In this document: piece after piece, positions 17,619 to 26,537 of the stretch
How positions within the stretch are numbered: the stretch's first letter is position 1
Layout of the letters: every line of letters starts with the position of its first letter
Origin: a virus
Taxonomy: Duplodnaviria > Caudoviricetes
Length of the DNA stretch: 56,306 nt
Virus record (IMG/VR): IMGVR_UViG_3300037478_000259
Span: 1-56,306 of that record
Strand: one strand, 5' to 3'
The notes under the pieces: model-generated
The model's input: the letters and a program-made list of their open reading frames with translations, nothing else
Database searches by the model: none
Told to the model about the DNA's origin: nothing
Position numbers and translations under genes: made by a program

Positions 17619-19858
17619 GCGGCGAGTTGGTGACCGCCACGGTCGAGCTGTTCTACTCCGGGGTGTGGAATGACATCTCCGCCGACGCGCGCACCACGTC
17701 ACCGATCGTCATCGACCGGGGTGTGCCGAACCAGGCGAACAGTGGGGTGGCCGACCCGGCCGGGCTCACCCTGGTCCTGAACAACGGCCTGTCGAACGTG
17801 AACAGCGCGGTGTCGAACCGGTACTCCCCGCGGAACCCGATGTCCGACCTGTACGGGTTGATCGGCGCGAACACCCCGATCCGGGTATCGGCCGGGCTGG
17901 TGGGGGACACGCCTACGGTGCGCACGGTGCAGGAGGTGGTGTCGTGGCCGCCGCGTTCGGACGTGTCACAGAACGATCTTTGGGTGCCGGTGGAGGCGGC
18001 GGGGATTCTGCGGCGGCTGGGTGTGCAGTCCTCACCGCTGGTCAACACGGTGCGTCGGTTCGTAGCCGCCAATGACCCGACCGGCTACTGGCCGATGTCG
18101 GATCTCGCGGGGTCGACGTCGGCCGCATCTGGTGTGGGTGGGCAGCCGCTGCGGTTCGAGGCGACGTCATCGGCGATAGATGTGCGGCCCGAGTTCGGGC
18201 AGGGCGCTCTGCATCCGCATCTACCGACACCGATGACCCTGCCGTCGTTGACGGCGGTGTCTATGGTCCACATTGGCGCCTTGCGCGCCAGTGTGGGCGG
18301 CGCCGCGGCGGGTAGTTTCGCGGTGGATTTCCTGCGCCGCCGTGGTGATCTGCCGAACCCTGACACGCTTCCCCAGCGTCTCCGCGTCGACATCGATGCA
18401 TGGGACGCTGTAGACGTCCTGCATAAATGGTCCGTGGTGCTGTTCCAGAACAGTGGAGATCCTGCGGCGCAGGTCGCGTTCCGGCGAGCCGGCGTTCTCC
18501 AGTTCACCGACCTGAACAACGCAGTGCCTGCGGTGTTCGACCCGAGCACCCATCACTTCCGGTTCCAGGTCGATGATGAGTCGGGCACCGACGCCCGGAT
18601 GCGGATCATGGTCGACGGTGTGACCGTGGTGGACATCACCGACGACGCGAGCGCCGCAACCTTGCCTGCATTGAGCCAGGTGACCGTGGAATGGTCTTCG
18701 TTGACCGTTGACGACCTGGGTGGTGTCGATGTCGGCCAGTTGCTGGTGTGGACCGGGGCGATCCCGGACGTGGCCGACGTGATGGCCGCCTACAACGGCC
18801 ACGCCGGTGAAACGGCCGGCCGGCGGGTGGAGCGGCTGTGCGGCGAGCATGACGTCTCGCTCACCTCCACGGGTGATCTGGACGAGTCGGCGCCGATGGG
18901 GGCGCAGTACCCGGGCACGTTCCTGGAGGTGCTCGGCGCGTGCGCCAAGGTCGAGGCCGCGGGCAGCCGGGCGCCGATCCTGGTTGAGCAGCGGAGCGCG
19001 CTCGGTCTGCATTTCAACACGCTGGCCAGCCTGTACCTGCCCCGCGACCCGGACCTGACTCTTAGCTTCACGGCGGGCCAGCTGTCCCCGCCGGTGGATC
19101 CGACCCCGGACGACTTCGGCCTGGTCAACGACGCCACGGCGGAGCGCCGCGACGGCGGGCAGTCACGGGCACAGGTGACCGGCGGGCCGCGGGGGATCAC
19201 CGCCGCCGGCAGGGTCGACCTGGCCGAAACGTTCGACGTCATGTCCGACGGGAACCTGGGCGATATTGCCGGATGGTGGGTGCACCACGGCACGTGGGAC
19301 GAGGACCGGTTCCCAATGTTGCGCACCAACGTGCGCGGTTTGTCCACCCGCACCGACGGGACGGCGCTGGTCGCCGCTGTGCAAACCCTGGACCCCGGCG
19401 GGCTGATCCTCGTCCAGAACACGCCGTTGTGGGTCTCGGCCGAGGGCGTGTCGCAACTGGTGCTCGGCCTCACCGAGTCGATCCACACCGACGAGTGGCT
19501 GATCGACGCGCATACCACCCCGGCGCTGCCGTTCGCCGTGCCGACCGTCGAGGACGACGAGGGCTATCAGATCCTGGGCTCGGATTCGGCCACCCTCGCC
19601 GAGGCGCTCGACTCGACGGAGACCGGGGTGGACATCTCGGCCGGTGCCGGCCCGGACTGGGTGCACGAGACCGACTTCGACATCCTCGTCGGCGGTGAGC
19701 GGATGACCTTGACCGCCGTGGCGGCGATGGCCGGAACGTTCCCGGCCCGGACCACCACACTTACCGTTACGCGCAGCGTCAACGGGATCGTCAAGTCGCA
19801 CTCGTCCGGAGCGGCGATCACCCGCCACCGACGGGCCTATGTGGGGGCGTGGGGCTGA
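17615..19858 (+). CDS. Minor tail / baseplate protein
   Basis: 747 aa following tape measure; VTRSVNGIVKSH C-terminal motif. Confidence 0.75.
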   Translation: MSGELVTATVELFYSGVWNDISADARTTSPIVIDRGVPNQANSGVADPAGLTLVLNNGLSNVNSAVSNRYSPRNPMSDLYGLIGANTPIRVSAGLVGDTPTVRTVQEVVSWPPRSDVSQNDLWVPVEAAGILRRLGVQSSPLVNTVRRFVAANDPTGYWPMSDLAGSTSAASGVGGQPLRFEATSSAIDVRPEFGQGALHPHLPTPMTLPSLTAVSMVHIGALRASVGGAAAGSFAVDFLRRRGDLPNPDTLPQRLRVDIDAWDAVDVLHKWSVVLFQNSGDPAAQVAFRRAGVLQFTDLNNAVPAVFDPSTHHFRFQVDDESGTDARMRIMVDGVTVVDITDDASAATLPALSQVTVEWSSLTVDDLGGVDVGQLLVWTGAIPDVADVMAAYNGHAGETAGRRVERLCGEHDVSLTSTGDLDESAPMGAQYPGTFLEVLGACAKVEAAGSRAPILVEQRSALGLHFNTLASLYLPRDPDLTLSFTAGQLSPPVDPTPDDFGLVNDATAERRDGGQSRAQVTGGPRGITAAGRVDLAETFDVMSDGNLGDIAGWWVHHGTWDEDRFPMLRTNVRGLSTRTDGTALVAAVQTLDPGGLILVQNTPLWVSAEGVSQLVLGLTESIHTDEWLIDAHTTPALPFAVPTVEDDEGYQILGSDSATLAEALDSTETGVDISAGAGPDWVHETDFDILVGGERMTLTAVAAMAGTFPARTTTLTVTRSVNGIVKSHSSGAAITRHRRAYVGAWG

Positions 19859-20295
19859 TGAGCAGTGCAGGCCAGGAGTTGGTCGCCGGGCGCATCCCGG
19901 GGGAGCGGATCGCCACCACCCGGGTTGTCACCAGCGGGAGCGCGGTCACCACCACCGAGACGACGGTGATGACCGTGACCGCCGCGGTGGTCGCCGGCCG
20001 GCGGTACCGGATCACCGCCGACTGGTACTGGCAGTTCACTGTGGCCACCGACGTGTTCGACGTGCGAATCCGGGAGGACTCGGTGACCGGGACCGCGCTG
20101 GCCGGCCGCAGGTTCCCGGCCATCACCACAACCGGGTTCATCGGCAACACGCTGCAGGCCGAGTATGTGGCGGACGTCACCGAGGACAAGGTTTTCGACC
20201 TGACCTTCGACCGGCAGGCCGGGACCGGCAGCGCCACCTTGAACGGTGCGGCCACCGCGACCAGCATCCTCTACGTTGACTACATCGAGAACTAG
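19858..20295 (+). CDS. Minor tail protein
   Basis: Translationally coupled; beta-rich. Confidence 0.6.
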   Translation: MSSAGQELVAGRIPGERIATTRVVTSGSAVTTTETTVMTVTAAVVAGRRYRITADWYWQFTVATDVFDVRIREDSVTGTALAGRRFPAITTTGFIGNTLQAEYVADVTEDKVFDLTFDRQAGTGSATLNGAATATSILYVDYIEN

Positions 20296-20388
20296 CCCGG
20301 CCGCAGTGATGTCACGCCGTACCTGTCCCCCCCGGAGGAGTTCTGCCAGCTCGCTGCGGCCGGGTTAGCATCGATGGTAGCCGGTCCC

Positions 20389-20952
20389 TTACCCGACCTT
20401 GCGGGCCAGGCTGAACCCGGAGCCGACCGGATCTACGCACGACTGCAAGATCAGATCATGGTTGGCTGTCCACGCCGGCATCGTCTCCGACCCGCGGTAG
20501 TCCACCCACCGGTGCCCGGTCACCTCGAACGTTCCGGCGCACGCCCCGGCGGTGACCGCCACCCGCGCCCCGACCGGAACGTTGGCAAGGAACGCCCACC
20601 CGTCGGTGTTGTGGCCGGCGATGATGCACGGATCATGCCACCAGGTGACGAGCTTGCCCTGGTCGAGCACGCTCTGGTCGCCGTAGGCGGTGACCGGTGA
20701 CAGGGTGACCGTCTGCGGCTGCGCCGGGGCTGCCGGCGCCGCTGGCTTCGGCTTGGTCTTCGGCGGCGCAGACTTGACGACCGGCTCCGGTGGTGTCGGC
20801 TGCATCACCGGAACCACATCCGAGCTGGACGTCGCGACCGGCGGCCGCAGCGGTGCCGGCTGGGTCGGTGAGGCTGCGGCGACGAGGAATCCGGCGATGG
20901 CCGGGAGGATGATTGCCAGCGCTGTCGCGCGGCGGGTAGCGTGCACGCCCAT
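20389..20952 (-). CDS. Secreted sortase-fold protein
   Basis: Signal/TM segment, Pro-rich linker, IIAGHN and LILQSC resemble the sortase His and LxTC motifs; AGGAGG RBS. Confidence 0.6.
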   Translation of the reverse strand: MGVHATRRATALAIILPAIAGFLVAAASPTQPAPLRPPVATSSSDVVPVMQPTPPEPVVKSAPPKTKPKPAAPAAPAQPQTVTLSPVTAYGDQSVLDQGKLVTWWHDPCIIAGHNTDGWAFLANVPVGARVAVTAGACAGTFEVTGHRWVDYRGSETMPAWTANHDLILQSCVDPVGSGFSLARKVG

Positions 20953-21089
20953 GGGGTTAGCCTCCTAGTCAGGTGATCCCCTAGGCCCCGTCCGCGATTC
21001 GCAGTCGCTGGCGGGGCCGCCTACCTCCAGTGTGCACCATCCCGGCTGTCCGCGCATCATCCGTATCGGTAATCCGATAGGAGTGTCCT

Positions 21090-21284
21090 ATGGCACCGAA
21101 GCATGACTGGCACCTCTTCGACGCCATCCGCAACCTTGAGGTGCGGCAGGCCACTGCCCGGCTACGGCCCAACCGGTGGGATGTCCGCCGCGTCGACGGC
21201 GACCAGGTGGTCGCGTTGGACGATGCGCAGTGGGATGCGCTGCGCTCCGGCGGCCCGCTGCCCGAGGGGCTCGGCGATGGCTGA
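21090..21284 (+). CDS. Hypothetical protein
   Basis: AGGAG RBS; overlaps endolysin start. Confidence 0.55.
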   Translation: MAPKHDWHLFDAIRNLEVRQATARLRPNRWDVRRVDGDQVVALDDAQWDALRSGGPLPEGLGDG

Positions 21285-22203
21285 CAACCCGAACACCAGC
21301 CGGATCCCCGCGGCGATGTGGCGGCTGTGGCAGGAGTGCGACGACCTGATCCCCGGCGTCCTGTTGGGCGGCATTTACGCACGGAAGTCGGGCTACCACT
21401 CCAGCGTCGAGGAGAACCTGGCCAACTGGCCGTGGAGCTACTCCGTCCGCTTCGTGCTCGACCTGGAGCGCGGCCCGGATGACAAGGCACGCGCCATCGA
21501 CTTGACCATGAGCGCGGCGAACATGCGGACCTACACCGGCCGGCTGCTGGCCGCGGCCGACCGGAACGACCCGCGGATGCGCCCGGTCCGCGACTTCTAC
21601 GGCACCACCGATGCGGTGAACGTGGCGGGCCGGATCCGCGACACCGACACCGGCCCGTACCGGCGCTCCACCAGCGACACCAGCCACCTGTGGCACATAC
21701 ACATCAGCATCTGGGCCGCGTTCTGCGCAGACTGGACAGCCGTGTCTGGCGTCTTGTCGGTGCTGGCCGACGACAGCGTGAGGAGGGACCCGATGATCGG
21801 ACTGAAGATCGGCGACCAGGGCCAGGGCGTGTACGCGCTGCAGAACATCCTGCGCCGCGCGGGTCACGACCCGGGCCCCAGCGATGGGGACTACGGCCCG
21901 GCCACCGCGAAGGCGCTGCTGGCCTGCCGCAAGGCGATGGGCTCGTCGGCCACCTCCGGGGATGAGGTGACCGGCGACGCGTACGCCCAGGTGCACGCGG
22001 CGATGGCCCGGGTGTACGCCGGCAAGGACGGCGCTGCGGGTCCGACCGGGCCGAAGGGTGCCACGGGTGCGACCGGCCCGGCAGGACCAAGGGGTGCCAC
22101 AGGGGCGAAGGGTGATCCTGGCCCGGTCGGCCCACCGGGACTCACCCCGTCCAAGATCACCTTCACAGTGACCGCAACCGGCGACGTCACCGAAGCAGTC
22201 TGA
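21277..22203 (+). CDS. Endolysin: Zn-peptidase (M15-like) + peptidoglycan-binding domain + collagen-like tail
   Basis: SGYH...ARAIDL...HLWHIHIS; [22 protein letters not shown]; 14 Gly-X-Y triplets at 22021..22146. Confidence 0.82.
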   Translation: MADNPNTSRIPAAMWRLWQECDDLIPGVLLGGIYARKSGYHSSVEENLANWPWSYSVRFVLDLERGPDDKARAIDLTMSAANMRTYTGRLLAAADRNDPRMRPVRDFYGTTDAVNVAGRIRDTDTGPYRRSTSDTSHLWHIHISIWAAFCADWTAVSGVLSVLADDSVRRDPMIGLKIGDQGQGVYALQNILRRAGHDPGPSDGDYGPATAKALLACRKAMGSSATSGDEVTGDAYAQVHAAMARVYAGKDGAAGPTGPKGATGATGPAGPRGATGAKGDPGPVGPPGLTPSKITFTVTATGDVTEAV

Positions 22204-22206
22204 GCG

Positions 22207-22455
22207 GTGAGCCGATCACTGCGCGACGGCATGGTTGTGGTCGCCGCACAAGGCCTGGCGATTTTCGAGATCACGCTCGGCGGGGCCCGGCCGGCCGTGC
22301 TCAGCTTTCTGGGCGCGATCCTGCTCAGTCCGATCTTCATGCGAATCGACGAAGCGAGACGAAGCCATGGTGCTACAAACGGTCAGGCAGTACGCGTTCA
22401 CGACGACGTGGCTGGTCCTGGGGCTGGGTCTGGCCCTGCTGGCGGCGGTGGTTGA
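22207..22455 (+). CDS. Small membrane protein (lysis cassette)
   Basis: Two hydrophobic segments directly after the endolysin. Confidence 0.5.
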   Translation: MSRSLRDGMVVVAAQGLAIFEITLGGARPAVLSFLGAILLSPIFMRIDEARRSHGATNGQAVRVHDDVAGPGAGSGPAGGGG

Positions 22456-22458
22456 CTG

Positions 22459-22803
22459 ATGTTCCGCTGGCTGCGGGACCGTCCGCTGTTCGCCGCGTTG
22501 CTGATGTTGGCGGTGGTGGCCGTGCCCGGGTTTGTGCGGGTGGAAGGCGTCGCCCGGCAGCAGGCGGAGCTGATCACCTGTGTGCAGGCGTGGGGTGATG
22601 CCAGCGTGGCCCGCACCGCTCTACTCGGCGGGCTGGCACAGGCCCGCGCGGACGCGTTGGACGAGTTGGTCCGCGCCGTGGCCGAGCAGGACGAGGAGCA
22701 GTTCGCGGCGGCGTTGGCCGCCTACCTGGCCGCCTCCGACGAGTACCGCACGGCGCTGGCGGAGCATCCGGTGCCGGAGCCGCCGAGCCTACGATGCGAC
22801 TGA
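22459..22803 (+). CDS. Membrane-anchored protein (lysis cassette)
   Basis: N-terminal TM, helical body, terminal Cys. Confidence 0.55.
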   Translation: MFRWLRDRPLFAALLMLAVVAVPGFVRVEGVARQQAELITCVQAWGDASVARTALLGGLAQARADALDELVRAVAEQDEEQFAAALAAYLAASDEYRTALAEHPVPEPPSLRCD

Positions 22804-22813
22804 GAGGGAAGAC

Positions 22814-23359
22814 GTGACCCGGATTTACTACGACTGCGAGTTTGTCGAGGATGGGGCGACGATCGACCTCGTGAGCATCGGCATGGTCGCCGAGGACGGC
22901 CGCGAGCTCTACGCCGTCTCTTCGGAGTTCAACACGGGGAATCTGCTCCGCAATCCGTGGCTGGTCGAGAACGTGTGGCCATCCCTGCCGCTCAAACAGC
23001 ACCCGCCCGGCTTCAAGTGCCGGTGCCGCCACGGCCATCTCGACACCGACCACCCGGACGTACGGCCCCGCGCGCAGATCGCCAGGGCGATCGCGGAGTT
23101 CATCCTGGGGACCCCGGACGTGGAACTGTGGGCGTGGTACGGCGCCTACGACCATGTTGTGCTCTGCCAGCTGTGGGGGGCGATGGTCAACCTGCCGGAG
23201 GGGGTGCCGATGTATACCCACGACCTGAAGCAGGAGTGCGACCGGCTCGGCAACCCGAGCATGCCCGAGCAGACCGAAGGCCAGCACAACGCGTTGGCCG
23301 ATGCCCGGCACGTCAAGGTGATGGCGGAGTTCCTGGCCGCCCTATCCGACAAGGAGTAA
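22814..23359 (+). CDS. 3'-5' exonuclease, DEDD family (Rv2179c-like)
   Basis: YYDCEF, LVSIG, WYGAYD, HNALADARH. Confidence 0.85.
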   Translation: MTRIYYDCEFVEDGATIDLVSIGMVAEDGRELYAVSSEFNTGNLLRNPWLVENVWPSLPLKQHPPGFKCRCRHGHLDTDHPDVRPRAQIARAIAEFILGTPDVELWAWYGAYDHVVLCQLWGAMVNLPEGVPMYTHDLKQECDRLGNPSMPEQTEGQHNALADARHVKVMAEFLAALSDKE

Positions 23360-23362
23360 GAG

Positions 23363-23539
23363 ATGGCACGTGTACGGAAGCTGGTAGCGGCGATCCTGGG
23401 CGGGTTGACCGCCATAGCGGTGGTCGGCGTCGCCCACCTGGCCGGGGTGGAGCTGGCACCGGAGGTGGCCGGGCTGGCGGCGGTGGTCGCCTCGGCGCTC
23501 GCCACGTATGTCTCGCCGGCCAACGAGCTGCCGACGTGA
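23363..23539 (+). CDS. Putative holin (58 aa; not in supplied ORF track)
   Basis: AAGGAG RBS; MARVRKLVAAILGGLTAIAVVG...VVASALATYVSPANELPT with two TM helices. Confidence 0.65.
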   Translation: MARVRKLVAAILGGLTAIAVVGVAHLAGVELAPEVAGLAAVVASALATYVSPANELPT

Positions 23540-23814
23540 GCCGACAGGATCCGGGCTGGCTGCGGGTCTACTGGCCGGTCCTTCTGTTGGCTGGGGTGCC
23601 TATTCTCTTCGGGGTCCCCCAGGGACTAGCACTGGTCTGGCCGGGCGTGGGCGGCACGGCCAGCGAGTGGACCCGGGACGTGCTCGGGGTTACCGACGGG
23701 CCTACGGCCCGCTTCTGGGTGTTCCTGGCGCTCTGGTCGGCGCTGGCCGTCTGGTTTCCGATCCACGTGCTCAAGGGATGGTGGTACGAGCGTCCGAGAC
23801 GCCGCAACGAATGA
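23536..23814 (+). CDS. Membrane protein
   Basis: GTGA overlap with the holin; two hydrophobic segments, basic C-terminus. Confidence 0.6.
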   Translation: MSRQDPGWLRVYWPVLLLAGVPILFGVPQGLALVWPGVGGTASEWTRDVLGVTDGPTARFWVFLALWSALAVWFPIHVLKGWWYERPRRRNE

Positions 23815-23892
23815 CGTGGCCGTGGGAGCGTGCCCAGAGTCGGAAACCCGACAAGATCGACTAGACGTTACTCGGGTAGGTGAAGTGGGTGG

Positions 23893-23934
23893 GAGCCCGG
23901 CTGGGAGGGAATGGTGGCCCTCCCGGCCGGGCTC
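23893..23934 (+). terminator. Strong hairpin, probable end of late operon
   Basis: GAGCCCGGCTGGGAGGG-AATGGTGG-CCCTCCCGGCCGGGCTC. Confidence 0.55.
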
Positions 23935-23980
23935 GTTCGCTGCGATAATGGAGGCTCAAGCCAAAACGAGAAGAGGCACC

Positions 23981-24148
23981 ATGCGTATCAAGATCATGAC
24001 TGCGGTTGCGGTGGGACTGCTCGCCGCCGGCGCGTTCGCGGCACCCGCCGCGGCCAACCCGGGCCCGGGCCAGAGTTTCGCCTGCGCCCCAGGGCAGCAG
24101 GGCAACCCGGAGCCGGCCTTCCGACCGGCGGCGTGCGACAAGCCGTAG
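23981..24148 (+). CDS. Small secreted peptide (55 aa)
   Basis: Sec-type signal MRIKIMTAVAVGLLAAGAFAAPAAA; mature ~30 aa with two Cys; GATAAT -10-like box at 23944. Confidence 0.7.
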   Translation: MRIKIMTAVAVGLLAAGAFAAPAAANPGPGQSFACAPGQQGNPEPAFRPAACDKP

Positions 24149-24163
24149 TACCATCACGGTAGC

Positions 24164-24272
24164 GTCATCCCGGTCTCCGTGACCGGGCTCCATTGCGGTA
24201 CGCACGCCCACCCGCCCTGCGACGGATTCAGCGTGGGTCATCCCGGTCTCCATGACGGGGCTCCATCGAAGC
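24164..24272 (+). CRISPR. Mini-CRISPR array (two 36-nt repeats, one 37-nt spacer), type I-G-like, no cas genes
   Basis: R1 24164-24199 GTCATCCCGGTCTCCGTGACCGGGCTCCATTGCGGT; R2 24237-24272 GTCATCCCGGTCTCCATGACGGGGCTCCATCGAAGC; internal stem CCCGGTC/GACCGGG. Confidence 0.75.
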
Positions 24273-24313
24273 CAGCCCGTAAGCTGGCATAGCCTGCTGT
24301 TCACGCGGGACAA

Positions 24314-24347
24314 AGCCCGGCCGAGGGAGACCTCGGCCGGGCTGTTT
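24314..24347. terminator. Probable bidirectional intrinsic terminator
   Basis: 13-bp perfect stem AGCCCGGCCGAGG-GAGA-CCTCGGCCGGGCT, flanked by AA and GTTT, between convergent units. Confidence 0.8.
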
Positions 24348-24360
24348 GCTGTGCGCTGGG

Positions 24361-24828
24361 TCAGCTGCGGCACTTCTCCGCGGCCTCGTCGTACGCCGCG
24401 TGGGCCGTGTCCATGTCGACCGCGACTGACTCCATCTCCACCGTCAGACCCTCCAGGTCGTCGGTGATGCTGTCGAGCTCGGTCGCATCCCACACGACCG
24501 CTGCCGCGATACCCTCACCGGCCAGGGTGAGCGCCTCAGCGTTGAGGGTGAACCCGCGGCTGGACAGGACGAACAGGTCCTCGGCTGCGGTGAGCGCGTC
24601 TTCGCACGCCGCCGGGGTGGTGGTGACGATGGTGCTGGTGCCAGGGCTGGCGTCGGTGGTCGGGGTGTCGCCGCCGCCAGCGGCCACACCGATGACGAAG
24701 GCGAACAGTCCGGTCCCGACGGCGACCAAGATCGTCCGGCCGCGCTTGGCCTTCGGTGCCGGGGTGGGCGGGGGTGGCTGGGTCATGTCGTAAGGCTCAG
24801 GCTGGGGCTGCATGTCGATGGTGCTCAT
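24361..24828 (-). CDS. Membrane-anchored hypothetical protein
   Basis: Pro-rich N-terminus, one TM helix, acidic helical domain with two Cys. Confidence 0.7.
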   Translation of the reverse strand: MSTIDMQPQPEPYDMTQPPPPTPAPKAKRGRTILVAVGTGLFAFVIGVAAGGGDTPTTDASPGTSTIVTTTPAACEDALTAAEDLFVLSSRGFTLNAEALTLAGEGIAAAVVWDATELDSITDDLEGLTVEMESVAVDMDTAHAAYDEAAEKCRS

Positions 24829-24933
24829 GATTCACTCATTCTTGCCGGGGGGTGTCGCCCTCGGCCGGTCGGGTGGCGGGTCTGTTCCGCCACTCGGCCC
24901 CCGCCCGCCGGAGCGGGTTGGGACCGGGCAGCG

Positions 24934-25164
24934 TCAGGGCCTACGGGCAAACTCCCGGCCGATCTGCCTGCGCAGCCGGTGGCGGGCGCGCCAGAGCGCC
25001 CACGCCAGACTGGCCTTGGTCAGCACTTCACCGGAATCCAGCAACCGATCGTGGTAGTACCCCTCCCAAAGCCAGCCGTTTCCGTGCCGGTACACCTCGA
25101 AGTCGATGTCGTCGATGCAGGCCGGCACCCAGCCGTGCTCAGGGTCGTACCTGCTAACGGTCAT
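24934..25164 (-). CDS. Hypothetical protein
   Basis: GGAGG RBS; member of leftward small-gene operon. Confidence 0.6.
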   Translation of the reverse strand: MTVSRYDPEHGWVPACIDDIDFEVYRHGNGWLWEGYYHDRLLDSGEVLTKASLAWALWRARHRLRRQIGREFARRP

Positions 25165-25288
25165 CGGGACCTCCGGTGTGGATGGGTGATGTGGTGGCCA
25201 TGATCCTCACTCCTCACAGGTAGGTGGTGCAGGGCGGTTGGGACCGGGCAGCGTCGTCCCGGTAAGTCAGACCAGCCGATCTGCTCGG

Positions 25289-25525
25289 TCAGCTGGTCGG
25301 GACACAGGGGTTCATTGGGTTGGTGGTGTCGTTGGGCCGGTAGATGGCCATCTGTTCGGCGGCGATGACGACTAGGTTGACGTCGGACAGCACCTCGGCA
25401 GCTCGTTCTTTCGTCTTGTGCACCAACTCGGGGGTTGTGTACAGCGGTACCCGGAGGATCAGTGTGTCACCGGGTCGGATGACCATTCCTTGCTCGATCT
25501 GTACCGGGATGCCTTGCTTGCTCAT
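25289..25525 (-). CDS. Hypothetical protein (alternative start 25582)
   Basis: GGAGG RBS before MSKQG. Confidence 0.55.
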   Translation of the reverse strand: MSKQGIPVQIEQGMVIRPGDTLILRVPLYTTPELVHKTKERAAEVLSDVNLVVIAAEQMAIYRPNDTTNPMNPCVPTS

Positions 25526-25646
25526 GTGTTCCTCCGTGTCGGTGATCGGTTGGGGTGTGGCTGGTTTTGTCTTCGAGCTCATCTATGGTGGGGGCGGTCC
25601 TCAATCCTCGTAGGTTGGGTGGGTGCAAGGGGCGGACCGGGCAGCG

Positions 25647-25790
25647 TCAGCGGGTCTGCAGGTCCAGGGCGGACGCCAGCCGCAGCATCGCCCGCAGACG
25701 GCGACGGTACGAGCCGTAGTCCTTACGCCAAGCCGAGTCGCCGACCCGGGTGGCCATCTGGCACACGTCCCACACGGTCACAGGTCGCAT
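25647..25790 (-). CDS. Hypothetical 47-aa protein (not in ORF track)
   Basis: GAGGAGTGACCATG junction; MRPVTVWDVCQMATRVG... Confidence 0.55.
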   Translation of the reverse strand: MRPVTVWDVCQMATRVGDSAWRKDYGSYRRRLRAMLRLASALDLQTR

Positions 25791-25792
25791 GG

Positions 25793-26005
25793 TCACTCCT
25801 CACAGATCTGGCACCCGGGAACGGTGCAAAAGTTCAAGGAATCCTGATGGTGGCCCTGGCCCTCTGGCCCGACCCCGGCCGGGTGCCCAAACAGCGCGCG
25901 AGCAACGTTGCAGCCCTGGCAGTGATCCTGCGTGCGGTACTGCGGGTGGTCGGTCGGGAGTGTGCAGGTGTGGTACACGGTTGCGCGCTCTCGGTATTCG
26001 CTCAT
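25793..26005 (-). CDS. Cys/His-rich hypothetical protein
   Basis: GAGGAGTGAGGATCATG junction; ends CEE. Confidence 0.6.
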   Translation of the reverse strand: MSEYRERATVYHTCTLPTDHPQYRTQDHCQGCNVARALFGHPAGVGPEGQGHHQDSLNFCTVPGCQICEE

Positions 26006-26010
26006 GATCC

Positions 26011-26205
26011 TCACTCCTCGTCGGCTGGTAAGGCGAACACTTCTGCACGGATGAGCGCGCCGAGCTCGGCCATCACCGCATCACGCTCCTGCCGGGACAG
26101 GGGCAGCGGTGCCGCGTCGAGCAGCAAACCCGCCGCTCGCCAGTCCGTGGCGCCGAGGGTGCGCAGGGCCTGGGCGATCTCGGCCGGTCGGGTGTTGGTG
26201 GTCAT
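26011..26205 (-). CDS. Hypothetical protein
   Basis: GAGGAG RBS; ends DEE. Confidence 0.6.
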   Translation of the reverse strand: MTTNTRPAEIAQALRTLGATDWRAAGLLLDAAPLPLSRQERDAVMAELGALIRAEVFALPADEE

Positions 26206-26210
26206 CGCTC

Positions 26211-26525
26211 TCACTCCTCGTCGTAGGCCACGGCGGTCGGCTCGGTGCCGGTGTCCGCGTCGGCGCCCTCCCACACCCGCACCCGCACCAGACCCTGCCC
26301 GGTCAGTTCGGCCGCGTCCTGCTGGTACAGGATGTTGCGGGCGAGCTCGGCGGCGGTGCCGGGATCGGTGACGGTCTCGGGCGGCGTGATCGCCTGCCAG
26401 TCGGCCGCGCGGTAGCCGACCACCCGCCGGTTCTCCAACGTCTCCTTGTCGGCGATGGTGATCGGGGTGTTCGGCACGCCGGCCTGGATCTGGACGGTGT
26501 AGCTCTGGTCAGCGGTGGTGGTCAT
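26211..26525 (-). CDS. Hypothetical protein
   Basis: GAGGAGTAAGGATCATG junction; ends YDEE. Confidence 0.65.
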   Translation of the reverse strand: MTTTADQSYTVQIQAGVPNTPITIADKETLENRRVVGYRAADWQAITPPETVTDPGTAAELARNILYQQDAAELTGQGLVRVRVWEGADADTGTEPTAVAYDEE

Positions 26526-26537
26526 GATCCTTACTCC

